A stretch of 35,917 nt of DNA from a virus (IMGVR_UViG_3300043414_000339:1-35917); one strand, 5' to 3'; positions 1 to 9,531 are shown, counted from the stretch's first letter. Notes: a model not told the origin generated them from the letters alone. Program-made: numbers and translations.

Positions 1-187
1 TTGATTTCCTTAGTGCATCAGCAGTGGTGGTTACAGCGGTGGCTAAAGCCTGTTCCTTGGCTCTAGCTTCAGTATTGAGACGATCAACTTCAACTTGTTG
101 GGCTTCTGCTTCAACGTGCTTGCCGTACAAATACCCACCGCCAAAGGTCAGCAATAGAACTATTACGCCAGACAGTAAATCACGCAT
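1..187 (-). CDS. Rz: 5' part of i-spanin (Rz-like), duplicated in the terminal overlap
   Basis: ATG at 187 overlaps the end of the upstream holin-like gene; MRDLLSGVIVLLLTFGGGYLYG...; full copy at 35393-35848. Confidence 0.75.
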   Translation of the reverse strand, partial: MRDLLSGVIVLLLTFGGGYLYGKHVEAEAQQVEVDRLNTEARAKEQALATAVTTTADALRKS

Positions 188-256
188 CGTTGGTCTTCCC
201 ACGGACATAGGCTTGTGCAGCCATGAAAGCCACCACAATCGTTCCCATTGCGGCAC
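1..256. repeat. Terminal direct repeat, copy 1 (circular overlap with 35662-35917)
   Basis: 256-nt match to the window end with 9 substitutions (70, 71, 74, 77, 79, 80, 83, 86, 129). Confidence 0.95.
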
Positions 257-509
257 AGTAGGTAGTTGTCAGGCCACTCAGGGCGTTGACCTTCTCCAAG
301 CTGACCCATGCAGAGGCCATAAACGCAATCAAAGCGGGGGGCGCACCAAGAGCCGCCCAAGCCATAATGCGCTGTTGGTCAGCCATCTTGTCCATGTTCT
401 CAATCATCATCATGCGTTCAGATCGAGCCAATTCAGAGTCAGTCACTACACCATCGTGGTCTGCATCAAATTGGTTATAGCTAGAGTTTTGTTCCAGTTG
501 TTTTGTCAC
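180..509 (-). CDS. Putative holin: two TM helices plus N-terminal EF-hand-like loop
   Basis: GTG start at 509 after AGGGA; DADHDGVVTDSE loop; two hydrophobic segments; directly upstream of spanins and endolysin. Confidence 0.6.
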   Translation of the reverse strand: MTKQLEQNSSYNQFDADHDGVVTDSELARSERMMMIENMDKMADQQRIMAWAALGAPPALIAFMASAWVSLEKVNALSGLTTTYCAAMGTIVVAFMAAQAYVRGKTNDA

Positions 510-780
510 GTTTTTCCCTTTCAATTTCTCGTCTTAGTCGTTCAACTTTTTCGGATTGCTCTTTAACTTCATGCTTTGCTTCCAAAATGTCCATGTACAG
601 CATTGCACCAAGAGGCAATAACAAGGCAATCAGCACACAACAAGCAATCCACCCCATTATTTCTTCCCCTATTTCCTGATGTACAGAAGCCATGCCCATA
701 TGTACAGGAGGAAAATCGCTGTCCCTGCTAGGTACGCTTCTTTGAGAAGGAATTGTCTTCTTGCTTCCCTTCGCCGCCAT
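481..780 (-). CDS. Small membrane protein (TM + coiled coil), lysis-region gene
   Basis: TM GWIACCVLIALLLPLGAMLYM followed by charged coiled coil; start uncertain (780 or the internal Met at MGWIA). Confidence 0.6.
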   Translation of the reverse strand: MAAKGSKKTIPSQRSVPSRDSDFPPVHMGMASVHQEIGEEIMGWIACCVLIALLLPLGAMLYMDILEAKHEVKEQSEKVERLRREIEREKRDKTTGTKL

Positions 781-1361
781 TGCTTGTACCTTTCCTTGGA
801 CTCCTCTTTCAATCTGGCTTCTTCTTGCTCCTCCCTGATTACTTCACGCATCTCAAATACAGAACTGTATAAAGCACCCATCTCAGGAGGACTCTGGTAA
901 ACCATTGTTTCTCTAATGGTCACCTCAAGTTTTTCCATCTCCTGTTGAGCCATCACTCGTTTGAGGGCGGCCTCCATGAGGTTTTGATTGGGGTCGTAGA
1001 CTGTTTTGGACTTTTCTTCTTCTTCTCGAATGTGGGCTTCCAACTGTTCTTGAAGTTTGAAGAACTCAGTGAGGTTTTTAACAATGTCAACTTTGACTTG
1101 AGTTTCGTCAACCTCAACATAGTTTGATCTTTTAGGCTTGGCAGTAGGAACTGGAGTTGAAATCTTAGGCTTAGACTTAGCGCCAAAGAATGCAACAAGC
1201 TGACTCCAGAAGCCATGTACTTCTTGAGCAATACCAGCAACTTCATCGTAAGTCTGTTTGATTTCAACAAAAGACTCTTTAGCCTGCTTGTAAAGCTCAC
1301 AGCCAGCTTGGATGTTCTTAACAAGACCAGCCGCAAGTAAACATATGCTAATTGGGTCAAT
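669..1361 (-). CDS. Coiled-coil protein with C-terminal TM, 230 aa, probable AUU start
   Basis: The 669-1043 frame stays open to 1361; TAAGGAG-TAAACC-ATT-GAC-CCA-ATT reads (M)DPISICLLAAGLVKNIQAGCELYKQAKE... Confidence 0.7.
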   Translation of the reverse strand: MDPISICLLAAGLVKNIQAGCELYKQAKESFVEIKQTYDEVAGIAQEVHGFWSQLVAFFGAKSKPKISTPVPTAKPKRSNYVEVDETQVKVDIVKNLTEFFKLQEQLEAHIREEEEKSKTVYDPNQNLMEAALKRVMAQQEMEKLEVTIRETMVYQSPPEMGALYSSVFEMREVIREEQEEARLKEESKERYKQWRRREARRQFLLKEAYLAGTAIFLLYIWAWLLYIRK

Positions 1362-1371
1362 GGTTTACTCC

Positions 1372-3699
1372 TTAACGCATCTGCAACTGAGGATTCATGC
1401 CAGACATGGGACTTGGCTTTGGTGACGCTCCCAAAATACTCAAAATCTGGTTTTGCTCTTGGCTAGTTAAGTCATTAGCAGATGGTTGTTGAAGCAAGTC
1501 AGGTGGCATTTGAAATTGCTGTTCTTCAGCAGGTTGCTGAGTATCTTGCTGTAAATCAGGTGGCATTTGGAACTGATCTTCAGTTGCTTGAGGTTGCTCC
1601 ATAGTAGCTTGTTGAGCAACAGGCTCTTGCTGAGGAGAAACTAATCTGCTCAATGCACTAAATCCAGCAGAACCTTCTTGCAAAGCCGTAGGAACATTTG
1701 TCAATGCTTCTAATGTTTTTGCGGAAGCACCAGTCAAAGCACCTTGACGTAAGAAATTAGCTCCTTCTGGAGTAAGAAGAACACGCATCAACTGTTCGTC
1801 AGTAAATCCTTGTTTACGCAATAATTCATTCATTGCGGTCAAAGTAACATCAACTCCTTTAGCGGCTTGATAGCCTAAACCAGTGCCAGCAGCAGCGGAT
1901 ATGCCACGTTGCAATTGACTATCAACTAATGCCTGATCTGCTTGACTAGGTTGAGCAACCTTCATACGTCTTGTAAATGCCAATGCATCATTCATGCGTT
2001 GGTCAAACTCTTTGGCATTTGTACCAAGAGCGGTAACCAAAGATGCTTTCTCATTGTCACCAAGAGTTTTCCAGTTTGTAGCAAGTTTCTCCAAATCTGT
2101 TGTAAATACACCAGAATCATTTTTACCTTGCGCTGACTTAACAAAATCTTGGAAGATGTTCTTATCCAAAAAGTTCAATGCTTCCTGATCTGTATTGCCA
2201 ACATAAGAACGAACTTTTGCTCGTTGATATTCATTCAAACCTTTGTAGTTTGAGTACAAGTCTTCGTAAGATACAGCAGACAATGGCTTATCTTTAAGGA
2301 AAGATGGCATTCCTTGAGCAATCACATCATTGTAGTTTTCAGAAGCAGTTTTTATTTGCTTGCGACCAAGATTCAACAAATTCAAAGCAGCAGCATCATT
2401 TCCTTTTGCAGTCTTCAATGCGGCAGTTACATCATCTTTCATTCCACCAAAAATAGCACTCGAAATGATTCTTTCATCTGAAATAGCCAAGTCTTTTATA
2501 AGACTGTCACCAGAAGATGCTTTCTTGCCAAACTCAGACAAGACACCTTGAACTTGGTCAATATTGAGTTTAGTTGTTGTTGCAATAGGGCCAGTAGCAC
2601 CAACAAATGCAGCTTGTTCTGGATTCAATGGCTTCTCAGAAGCTAATCTAGTTCTGATTGAATTCAATATCTCAACAGCTCTATCTGCATTAGGGGTAGA
2701 TTTAGCACTGTATCTAGCAATCAATTCATCAATTTTTGCAATCGTATTAGTTGTATCCACTAAAGGCTTGTCAGCGCCATATCCTCTAGCTTGTTCAAAT
2801 ACACGACTACCAGCTTCAGAACGCTGTTTTGCCAAACCATCAACTTCACTTTGCACACGAGTTGCAACGGCTTCTGTGGCTTCTTGCTTGCCAGAAACAC
2901 GAGTTGCTGGAGTCATTCCTTTTGTTGCTAAGTCAGATGCGGCTTTGTCAAACTTTGCAAACAACTCAGCATACTCAGGATTAGTACGCAACTTTTGAAT
3001 AGCTGCGGCAACTATTGGACTGTCAGAACCTTGTCCACGCAACATGAATTGTCTAAAGACATTTTGCCCCTCAACAGGAACATTGTCTTTTAAGAATTGG
3101 TCAAATTTACGGCTTTCTTTAAATGACTTTACTCCCTTAAATCCAGCACGAGTAAGATTTCCTACCGCATAAGCTCCAGAAACCAAACCTTCTGGCAATC
3201 CAGTAGATTCAGCAACAGCAACGTCAGCAGCACCAAGACCACCACCAAGCAATAGCCCTCTAGACCCTTGGCCTCGTATTGCCGCACTTCCTGCTCCTTG
3301 AGCTATTCTGAAAGCATAAGCAGACTCATCTGATGCAGGTTGGTTTTGGATTCCAAGTTGTTGGGTAGCCAAGTCACCAAGTGAAGTTATTTGGCTTTCT
3401 TTCGAACGAAATAAATTTGCGCCAGCAGTGGCAATGTCTGGAATTGCAGTAAACAAACCAGAAATACCTGATTGCAAGCCTGAGCCAATTTGACCAATAG
3501 GAATGTTTACGCCGCCAACATTGATTTCAGCGGTGGCTCGCATCATCCTATCAAGACGCTCCATTTCAGCCATGTACTTCTGAATTGCAGCCTTGTCATC
3601 AGAAGCAATAGCTCTACGCAACAAAGGACGTACAGCATCCATTTGTTCAGTAATGAGTTGCTGTGCTTCTACATTTGTTTTTGGACGCTGTGTTGCCAT
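1372..3699 (-). CDS. Large internal virion / DNA ejection protein
   Basis: 775 aa, Ala/Gln/Gly-rich and helical; last of three large ORFs after the tail genes, as in podoviruses. Confidence 0.65.
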   Translation of the reverse strand: MATQRPKTNVEAQQLITEQMDAVRPLLRRAIASDDKAAIQKYMAEMERLDRMMRATAEINVGGVNIPIGQIGSGLQSGISGLFTAIPDIATAGANLFRSKESQITSLGDLATQQLGIQNQPASDESAYAFRIAQGAGSAAIRGQGSRGLLLGGGLGAADVAVAESTGLPEGLVSGAYAVGNLTRAGFKGVKSFKESRKFDQFLKDNVPVEGQNVFRQFMLRGQGSDSPIVAAAIQKLRTNPEYAELFAKFDKAASDLATKGMTPATRVSGKQEATEAVATRVQSEVDGLAKQRSEAGSRVFEQARGYGADKPLVDTTNTIAKIDELIARYSAKSTPNADRAVEILNSIRTRLASEKPLNPEQAAFVGATGPIATTTKLNIDQVQGVLSEFGKKASSGDSLIKDLAISDERIISSAIFGGMKDDVTAALKTAKGNDAAALNLLNLGRKQIKTASENYNDVIAQGMPSFLKDKPLSAVSYEDLYSNYKGLNEYQRAKVRSYVGNTDQEALNFLDKNIFQDFVKSAQGKNDSGVFTTDLEKLATNWKTLGDNEKASLVTALGTNAKEFDQRMNDALAFTRRMKVAQPSQADQALVDSQLQRGISAAAGTGLGYQAAKGVDVTLTAMNELLRKQGFTDEQLMRVLLTPEGANFLRQGALTGASAKTLEALTNVPTALQEGSAGFSALSRLVSPQQEPVAQQATMEQPQATEDQFQMPPDLQQDTQQPAEEQQFQMPPDLLQQPSANDLTSQEQNQILSILGASPKPSPMSGMNPQLQMR

Positions 3700-3709
3700 G
3701 ACTTGACCT

Positions 3710-5020
3710 TTATTTGATTAAACCAGACGCTTTAAGAGCATTGATTGCTTGTTCTCTTGTTGGCTTCCCACCATTAAAGTCAATAAATCTTTTAATTTTT
3801 GCTTCATCATTTGATGGAGATGGTTTTGCTGAAGAAGTAGGAGTTTGACGACTCTTAATCTTTTCTTCTGCTCTAACATTTCTATTAGATGTCATTTTTT
3901 CAATACGAGAAAAATAGGCATCAATATCTGCCAACTCTTTTGCATAATTTGGAGACACTGGGTCAAGTGTTGCCGCCTTGTTTTGAATTGTTTTCAATTC
4001 CTCTAAGTTCAATGCACCAAAACCAGTAGCACCAGTTTTAGATTGAGATTTCAAATTTAACAATTCTTCAAATACAGTATTGGCTTTAATCCTTTGATTA
4101 TTGTTATCCAAAACACGAGCTTCTGTAGAACCAAGTGCCAAAACTTTTCCAGTTAAACCAGTAGTAGTTGGCTTAATAAGATTTTTAGTATCTGTAATAA
4201 GCGATTTAACAGCTTTAATATTTGCCAATGCATTGCTCATGGATTCAGCGGCTCGTGTATCTTCTTCAAGTTTGGCAGCTTGTTTATCAGCTTCTTCTTT
4301 AGCTTTAATTACAGAGCCAGGTGTTTCGATAGTTTTAATCCCAGTTGAACTAGGTTCTGCTCCACTAGCAGTAGAGCCAACAGATGTTTGTTTTAAGTAG
4401 TTAGCAAGATTAGGTGCGGCAGCATTTATGTCAAGCCCATCAATAACAATAAGTTGATTGGTTTGTGGGTCAATAAATGATTTTGGCTTTGTTTCTGTGG
4501 CAACAATAAAACGAGCACTAGCTATTTCTTGTTGAGTTGGCTTGTAGGTAGGGTCAGTTGCTAATTTTTGCTCTAACGAAGAAATGATAGTTCTTTTTTG
4601 AGCAGAATCAGTTTGAGCCTGTTGTTGGTTCTGTGCTTTTTGTGCCTGTGCGTTTTTAAGGGTTGTTCCAGCAATAGATTCTTCAACTTTTCTACCTTCT
4701 TGAGAAAGTAGTATTCCAAACTCAGGGTCACCATTACGAGTTGCTAAATCAGCAACAGTCGCATAAGAAGCAGGGTCGTTTTGCTTCAACATACCAATCA
4801 AAGCCTGACGTTTGGCAATCTTCTGCAACTGTGGGTCTTGACCACCCAAAGCACCACCAATGCCACCACCTAACTGGTAACCAGCTTGACGCATACCAAT
4901 AGAGGCTTGTTGGAAAGGGTCTAACTGAACTTCATTAGCCGCCTGTTGACGGAACTGCGCCATTTGGTTAGCCTGATACTGCTCAGGAGATGTGAACAAT
5001 CCTAAGATGTTTGTTGCCAT
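3710..5020 (-). CDS. Internal virion / ejection protein
   Basis: 436 aa, Gln/Ala-rich with Gly-rich segment (GYQLGGGIGGALGG); synteny. Confidence 0.65.
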   Translation of the reverse strand: MATNILGLFTSPEQYQANQMAQFRQQAANEVQLDPFQQASIGMRQAGYQLGGGIGGALGGQDPQLQKIAKRQALIGMLKQNDPASYATVADLATRNGDPEFGILLSQEGRKVEESIAGTTLKNAQAQKAQNQQQAQTDSAQKRTIISSLEQKLATDPTYKPTQQEIASARFIVATETKPKSFIDPQTNQLIVIDGLDINAAAPNLANYLKQTSVGSTASGAEPSSTGIKTIETPGSVIKAKEEADKQAAKLEEDTRAAESMSNALANIKAVKSLITDTKNLIKPTTTGLTGKVLALGSTEARVLDNNNQRIKANTVFEELLNLKSQSKTGATGFGALNLEELKTIQNKAATLDPVSPNYAKELADIDAYFSRIEKMTSNRNVRAEEKIKSRQTPTSSAKPSPSNDEAKIKRFIDFNGGKPTREQAINALKASGLIK

Positions 5021-5031
5021 TTTCTTTCCCT

Positions 5032-6507
5032 TTAAGTCACTTGAACAAGTTGACCATTAACGATTTGATACTTAGGTGCTGACGATTGAACGCCAAACGC
5101 ATTGTTAATCGCACTGTTAACCATTGGATTCTGAGCAATACCAGACAACAAATTACCAGATGCAGAATAAGCATTTGATGGGTACATGGTAGCCGCTGCA
5201 TTGGTGATGCCTGAACTTAACAATCTACCAGCTTCTGCTGTACTAGCAGTAGTCTTAGCGCCAATAGAAGTACCCAAGTTCATGGGTTGTTGTGCAAGAG
5301 ACTCAAGTCCTGAACTTGTATCCATAGCGGTAGCAAATGGAGCATATGCCGCAGTCTGACCAGAATAGAACTGATTTTGCAGTCCAGCACCAGTGTTAAA
5401 CAACCCGCCACCAAAAGTAATGCGGTTTCTAGCCTCTTGGTCAGCTTGTGCAGACAAAGCCAAGTTACTTTGAGCAATCGAGTTGTAGTAAGCCGCCATC
5501 TCAGGATTGGTAGCCATCAGGTTACCGCCTTGAGCAGTAGCCGCACCAGTACGACCTTGTTGGAACAACTTGTTTTGCAACAGTGCCAACTGATTCTCTT
5601 GTGTAGGTGCAAGCAAAGCCTGTTGTTTAGTGATGTAGTCTTGTGCCGCTTGTTCAGGAGACTTGGCAAGATAACCTTGACCTAAACTAAACAGGTTCTG
5701 TGCCGCACCAGTCAAAGGCTGATAGGCAGTAGCGGCTTGTTCTGCTTGAGTCAAACCCTGACCAGCCAATGCAGACAGACGATTCTGATAACCAAGAATC
5801 TCTGCGCTAGGTGTATAGCCAGCGCCAATCACATTGCCCTGTGCATCAGTAGCAAAGGCTGATTGACCAAAACGAGTAGTAACACCAACAGGACGGAACT
5901 TAGCGGCATCAGCGGCAATCTGAGCAGCACGAACTTGAGCATCAGCCGCAGTTTGAGCCGCTTGTTGACCTTGTTTAGCAATTTGACTAGAGCCAGCACT
6001 ACTAAGCAATGCTTGGACACCAGCAGAACCAAGTTTGCCAACAGTGTCTGTGCTTAATCCTGTGAAATCTGCAACCTTTTGAGTCACGCCACTTAATAAC
6101 CCTTGTGATGCAACTTGATTACTCAAATCTGCTGCTGTAGTTGCGCCAAATTCAACTGGAGCAGTCCCGCCTGGAACAGAAGTACCAGCAGGAATTACTC
6201 CTGAATCAGCAGTAGCACCTCCGCTACTACCACCACCAAACAATCCGCTACCAGATACAGCTTGGACTGTTGCAGTAGTTGCGGCAGCCAACGCCGCATT
6301 TTTAAGAATATCTGCTGGCTTATCTCCAGAAACTGCACTTGCTGCCGCATTGATAGCCGCTGAACCAGCTACAGCCGCCGCAGCACCAGAAAAGCCTAAT
6401 GCCTGACCAACCATAGGCGCTAATGGAGGATAAAGAATAGACGCAACTATTGCGACTGGCTTGGCTACCTTTTTAACAAACTTTTTAAACTTTTTCCAAT
6501 TTGCCAT
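5032..6507 (-). CDS. Internal virion / DNA transfer (pilot-like) protein
   Basis: ATG 6507 after GGAG; cationic amphipathic N-terminus, then Ala/Gly-rich hydrophobic segments. Confidence 0.65.
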   Translation of the reverse strand: MANWKKFKKFVKKVAKPVAIVASILYPPLAPMVGQALGFSGAAAAVAGSAAINAAASAVSGDKPADILKNAALAAATTATVQAVSGSGLFGGGSSGGATADSGVIPAGTSVPGGTAPVEFGATTAADLSNQVASQGLLSGVTQKVADFTGLSTDTVGKLGSAGVQALLSSAGSSQIAKQGQQAAQTAADAQVRAAQIAADAAKFRPVGVTTRFGQSAFATDAQGNVIGAGYTPSAEILGYQNRLSALAGQGLTQAEQAATAYQPLTGAAQNLFSLGQGYLAKSPEQAAQDYITKQQALLAPTQENQLALLQNKLFQQGRTGAATAQGGNLMATNPEMAAYYNSIAQSNLALSAQADQEARNRITFGGGLFNTGAGLQNQFYSGQTAAYAPFATAMDTSSGLESLAQQPMNLGTSIGAKTTASTAEAGRLLSSGITNAAATMYPSNAYSASGNLLSGIAQNPMVNSAINNAFGVQSSAPKYQIVNGQLVQVT

Positions 6508-6508
6508 G

Positions 6509-6790
6509 TCATGCTCCCAATTCGCCAGAGGCAATCATTTGTCTGGCTATCTCACCAAGAGTAGCAAAGACACTAATAAGTTCATAGTCAAGTTCTGTAG
6601 ATATGTCTTCTTCTTCTGCCAAATCGTTGTCAATGATGGCTTGAATAAATTGAGGATACATAGACTTGTCTTGCAATACAGCTTCAGCCATTTGCCCAAG
6701 ACGAATCAAGGTGTCAGCAGATACACCTTCTTCTTGCATGGCCTGACGAACCATCTGTTTGACTTCTTCTACTTGTTGTGATGTTGCCAT
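6509..6790 (-). CDS. Hypothetical acidic helical protein
   Basis: 93 aa ORF with GGAG RBS, tightly packed in the late operon. Confidence 0.7.
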   Translation of the reverse strand: MATSQQVEEVKQMVRQAMQEEGVSADTLIRLGQMAEAVLQDKSMYPQFIQAIIDNDLAEEEDISTELDYELISVFATLGEIARQMIASGELGA

Positions 6791-6792
6791 TC

Positions 6793-7218
6793 TTATTCTC
6801 CCCAGTTCTGACTAGTTACTACTGTAATCAAAGATGGTACATCTGTACACCCCAAAATAGCTTCTACAAGCCTTGTGCATTCAGTTATCACACCTTGGCG
6901 ATAGGTTGTGGTGTCAGTAGGTACATCAACGCTACGCTCAACCTTGCGAATCACCATCCAATCAGTCTGAGATAACAGCTTGTTAGCAGTGTCCTTGACC
7001 TGTTCTGTCCACAATGTCTTGAGTCCATCCAAGTCTTTAGGATTGTCTACACCCCAATAGAAGCGGTCATCGTAAGGCTCTGGGTCTGCCACCTCTGTGA
7101 TGCCAATAGCATTCTTTTCCTCAATAGAAGTCAGACGCAACCAGTTCTGTGGATAGGTTGTGCCGTTGACCTCAAACTGAGTATCTATGGGGAGTGGATT
7201 GCCGTTGAGTAAAAACAT
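6793..7218 (-). CDS. Phage tail assembly chaperone-like protein
   Basis: YPQNWLRL...YDDRFYW and LLSQTDWMVIR...YRQGV motifs; follows the fibre gene. Confidence 0.6.
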   Translation of the reverse strand: MFLLNGNPLPIDTQFEVNGTTYPQNWLRLTSIEEKNAIGITEVADPEPYDDRFYWGVDNPKDLDGLKTLWTEQVKDTANKLLSQTDWMVIRKVERSVDVPTDTTTYRQGVITECTRLVEAILGCTDVPSLITVVTSQNWGE

Positions 7219-7221
7219 GAG

Positions 7222-9531
7222 TTACCTCGCTAAAGAGTTCTTGAATGGGTTTTCGGCAAAGGCAACAAAGATGTATGTGCCTGTGTTTACGTTAAATGAT
7301 GCACTAGCATTTCGAGGTTTAAAACCATTACTCAAAATATCCATATCTTCATTTCCACCAGTTACTTCTGCATTAGAAAGATTTGGATATAAGTTTGCAT
7401 TACTTACGTTATACGTGCTTCTTGATGTATCAAGTAATTGCCAATTCCCAACAGCATCAGTGCGTTTGACCATTACCCAACGTGGCCTAAACCCGCAATA
7501 CACAAATGTCCCATCTGCACTTCCATTGCCTGTGTAGCTACCAAACTTGGAATAGCCAGCTACTTCTGAGAAACAGTAGGCGACTGCCAGCGTGCCGTTC
7601 GTAACCGCTCCTGTGCCGACAGTAAACTGCGTTGATGTCGGTGCAGTGCTGTTAAACAATGTTGCAGAACTGAATTGAGCCGCTGTCGTGTTGAGTTGTA
7701 AAGCGTAAGTTGTGGTGTTTGTCAGGTTCTTATGCCATACCACCCAATTGTCTGTTGTACCGCGACCCTTGATGATAATCATTGCTGGCGTAACACCAAG
7801 GTTGTGACTTAACGTGCTTGGATTAGCCTGAGTCCAGGTCACAATGTCGAAGCCCTGCGTTGCGCCTTCTTTCCATTGCCAACCAATATAAGTTTCTGCG
7901 CTATTGTTGTAGTTAATGTCTGTGCCAACAGTAAATCCGTTTGAATTAAACGCAGTAACGCCATTTGTGTTTACTGTTTCTGCGGCAGTTTGATCTGAAA
8001 ATAGTGTATTAGTAACTCCACGAATTGTGTCCAATATCCTATGGCTTCTTGCTTGTGGTCTTGATTTAATCCATACAAAATCAGGAGCAAATGAAATTCC
8101 ATTAACAGTGTTTGATACAGCAAGACTTGCACCTGTACCTGTATAGGTAGTAGCCGCAAAGTAATTAGCACCATTGCTAATAGCTGGTGTTGGCAAGTTC
8201 TGGGTGTTCAGTGCAACAAAGCCTGTGGGTGGTGTGTATTTAAACCCTTGTTGTCCAAAGTTAACTGCTGTGTCAGGGTTAGTTGTTGCACCTGATACTC
8301 TTACATCGTTATTAAATGTATAAGGTGAAGCATCAGTAAATGTAAGAGTTCCTTGCAATGAGCCATTTAAATAAACACCAAGGGTCTTTGCGTCAGCATC
8401 AAGAGCAAGACCAATAACATCGCCATTTGCAATAGCGGCAGAAAGAGCCGCACCATCTACACCATCAACCCGTCTTGTTCCAGCAGGATTTAATCCTGTT
8501 CGTGTAATGCCTGATGCAGTATAAATATAAAAACCTGTGCCAGCAGTTGTTGTTCCGCCTCTATTTACAATAGTTGCTTCAGCATACCATTTGCCTGATG
8601 TTATCAATATAGACCCAACACCAGTAGCACTCGATGTGCCTGTTGAATCTAAATTTCCCCAACGTAATGTTCCAGTTGTGTTTGTATCTAAAGGATTCAA
8701 TACCGCATAATTCCCCCGTCCATTGCCACCATCAGCAAACAGCGTAGGCACATCCAGCATGGAATCATAGGTAGCACCAGCAGTCACGCTGATGTTGTTG
8801 GGTGTCCAGTTGTTGCCGTTGCCTGAGTAGTCCTTGCCAATGGTTGTGGCAGTGTTGTTGCTGTTGTCGCTGAAGTTCAGGTAGAAGCCGTTTGTGCCGT
8901 ATGTACCTGTGTATTTCTTGGGTTGCCATACACCAGTAATAGTGTTTGTTTCACCAAACGATGATGGTGTCAGGGCTTGACCGTCAATGAAGTTGATTTC
9001 GGTTAGGTAGCCGTCAAGATACTTATTAACTGGGCCAACATCAATAGTTAAGCCAAGCGTGTTTGCTGCTGATGCAATATTAAATAATGACCCTGTAGAA
9101 TAATTAGTGGCAGAACTAAATGTTTGTTGAACACCATTAACATAAATAATTTGCCTGTTTGCCGCAGTTCCATTAGAAGTATCAATAGCAAGAACTATAT
9201 GATACCAAGCCGATGGGTCACGAAAAACGGCATTTGTTACCACACTACATTTAGTGGAAGCAGATTGTGTATCATTTAAAAGTAATGTGTCGTTTGTATC
9301 GAACATTAATCTAAATGAGTTATTGCCGTCAATATAACGACCAATTAAACCTTGTCTTACACCGTTTAATGCACCACGCTTAACCCAAGCAGACCAAGTA
9401 AATTTAGTGCTATCTGTTGGCGTACCAAACGTCCGATTCAAATAAGCACTCGCACTTGAACGCAGACGCACACTGCGGCTAATCTGATAGCCACTAGGCT
9501 TAGAGAAGAATAAGTCTTTGGATGCAAACAT
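7222..9531 (-). CDS. Virion lectin-like protein (LamG/ConA-like + SPRY-like domains), probable receptor-binding fibre
   Basis: FTWSAWVKR...WYHIVLAID...YVNGVQ (LamG); SGKWYAE...GDVIGLALDAD (SPRY); C-terminal YTGNGS...GFRPRWVMVKR repeats. Confidence 0.75.
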   Translation of the reverse strand: MFASKDLFFSKPSGYQISRSVRLRSSASAYLNRTFGTPTDSTKFTWSAWVKRGALNGVRQGLIGRYIDGNNSFRLMFDTNDTLLLNDTQSASTKCSVVTNAVFRDPSAWYHIVLAIDTSNGTAANRQIIYVNGVQQTFSSATNYSTGSLFNIASAANTLGLTIDVGPVNKYLDGYLTEINFIDGQALTPSSFGETNTITGVWQPKKYTGTYGTNGFYLNFSDNSNNTATTIGKDYSGNGNNWTPNNISVTAGATYDSMLDVPTLFADGGNGRGNYAVLNPLDTNTTGTLRWGNLDSTGTSSATGVGSILITSGKWYAEATIVNRGGTTTAGTGFYIYTASGITRTGLNPAGTRRVDGVDGAALSAAIANGDVIGLALDADAKTLGVYLNGSLQGTLTFTDASPYTFNNDVRVSGATTNPDTAVNFGQQGFKYTPPTGFVALNTQNLPTPAISNGANYFAATTYTGTGASLAVSNTVNGISFAPDFVWIKSRPQARSHRILDTIRGVTNTLFSDQTAAETVNTNGVTAFNSNGFTVGTDINYNNSAETYIGWQWKEGATQGFDIVTWTQANPSTLSHNLGVTPAMIIIKGRGTTDNWVVWHKNLTNTTTYALQLNTTAAQFSSATLFNSTAPTSTQFTVGTGAVTNGTLAVAYCFSEVAGYSKFGSYTGNGSADGTFVYCGFRPRWVMVKRTDAVGNWQLLDTSRSTYNVSNANLYPNLSNAEVTGGNEDMDILSNGFKPRNASASFNVNTGTYIFVAFAENPFKNSLAR

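Noticed and set aside
61-130. Diversity-generating retroelement TR/VR pair suggested by the mismatched terminal repeats
   Set aside because: Differences are not adenine-specific, are mostly synonymous, and no reverse transcriptase is encoded
953-1360. 135-aa ORF in the track, or a frameshift joining it to 669-1043
   Set aside because: The adjacent frame is open from ATT 1361 to 669 with a well-spaced SD; the 953-1360 product looks like an off-frame translation
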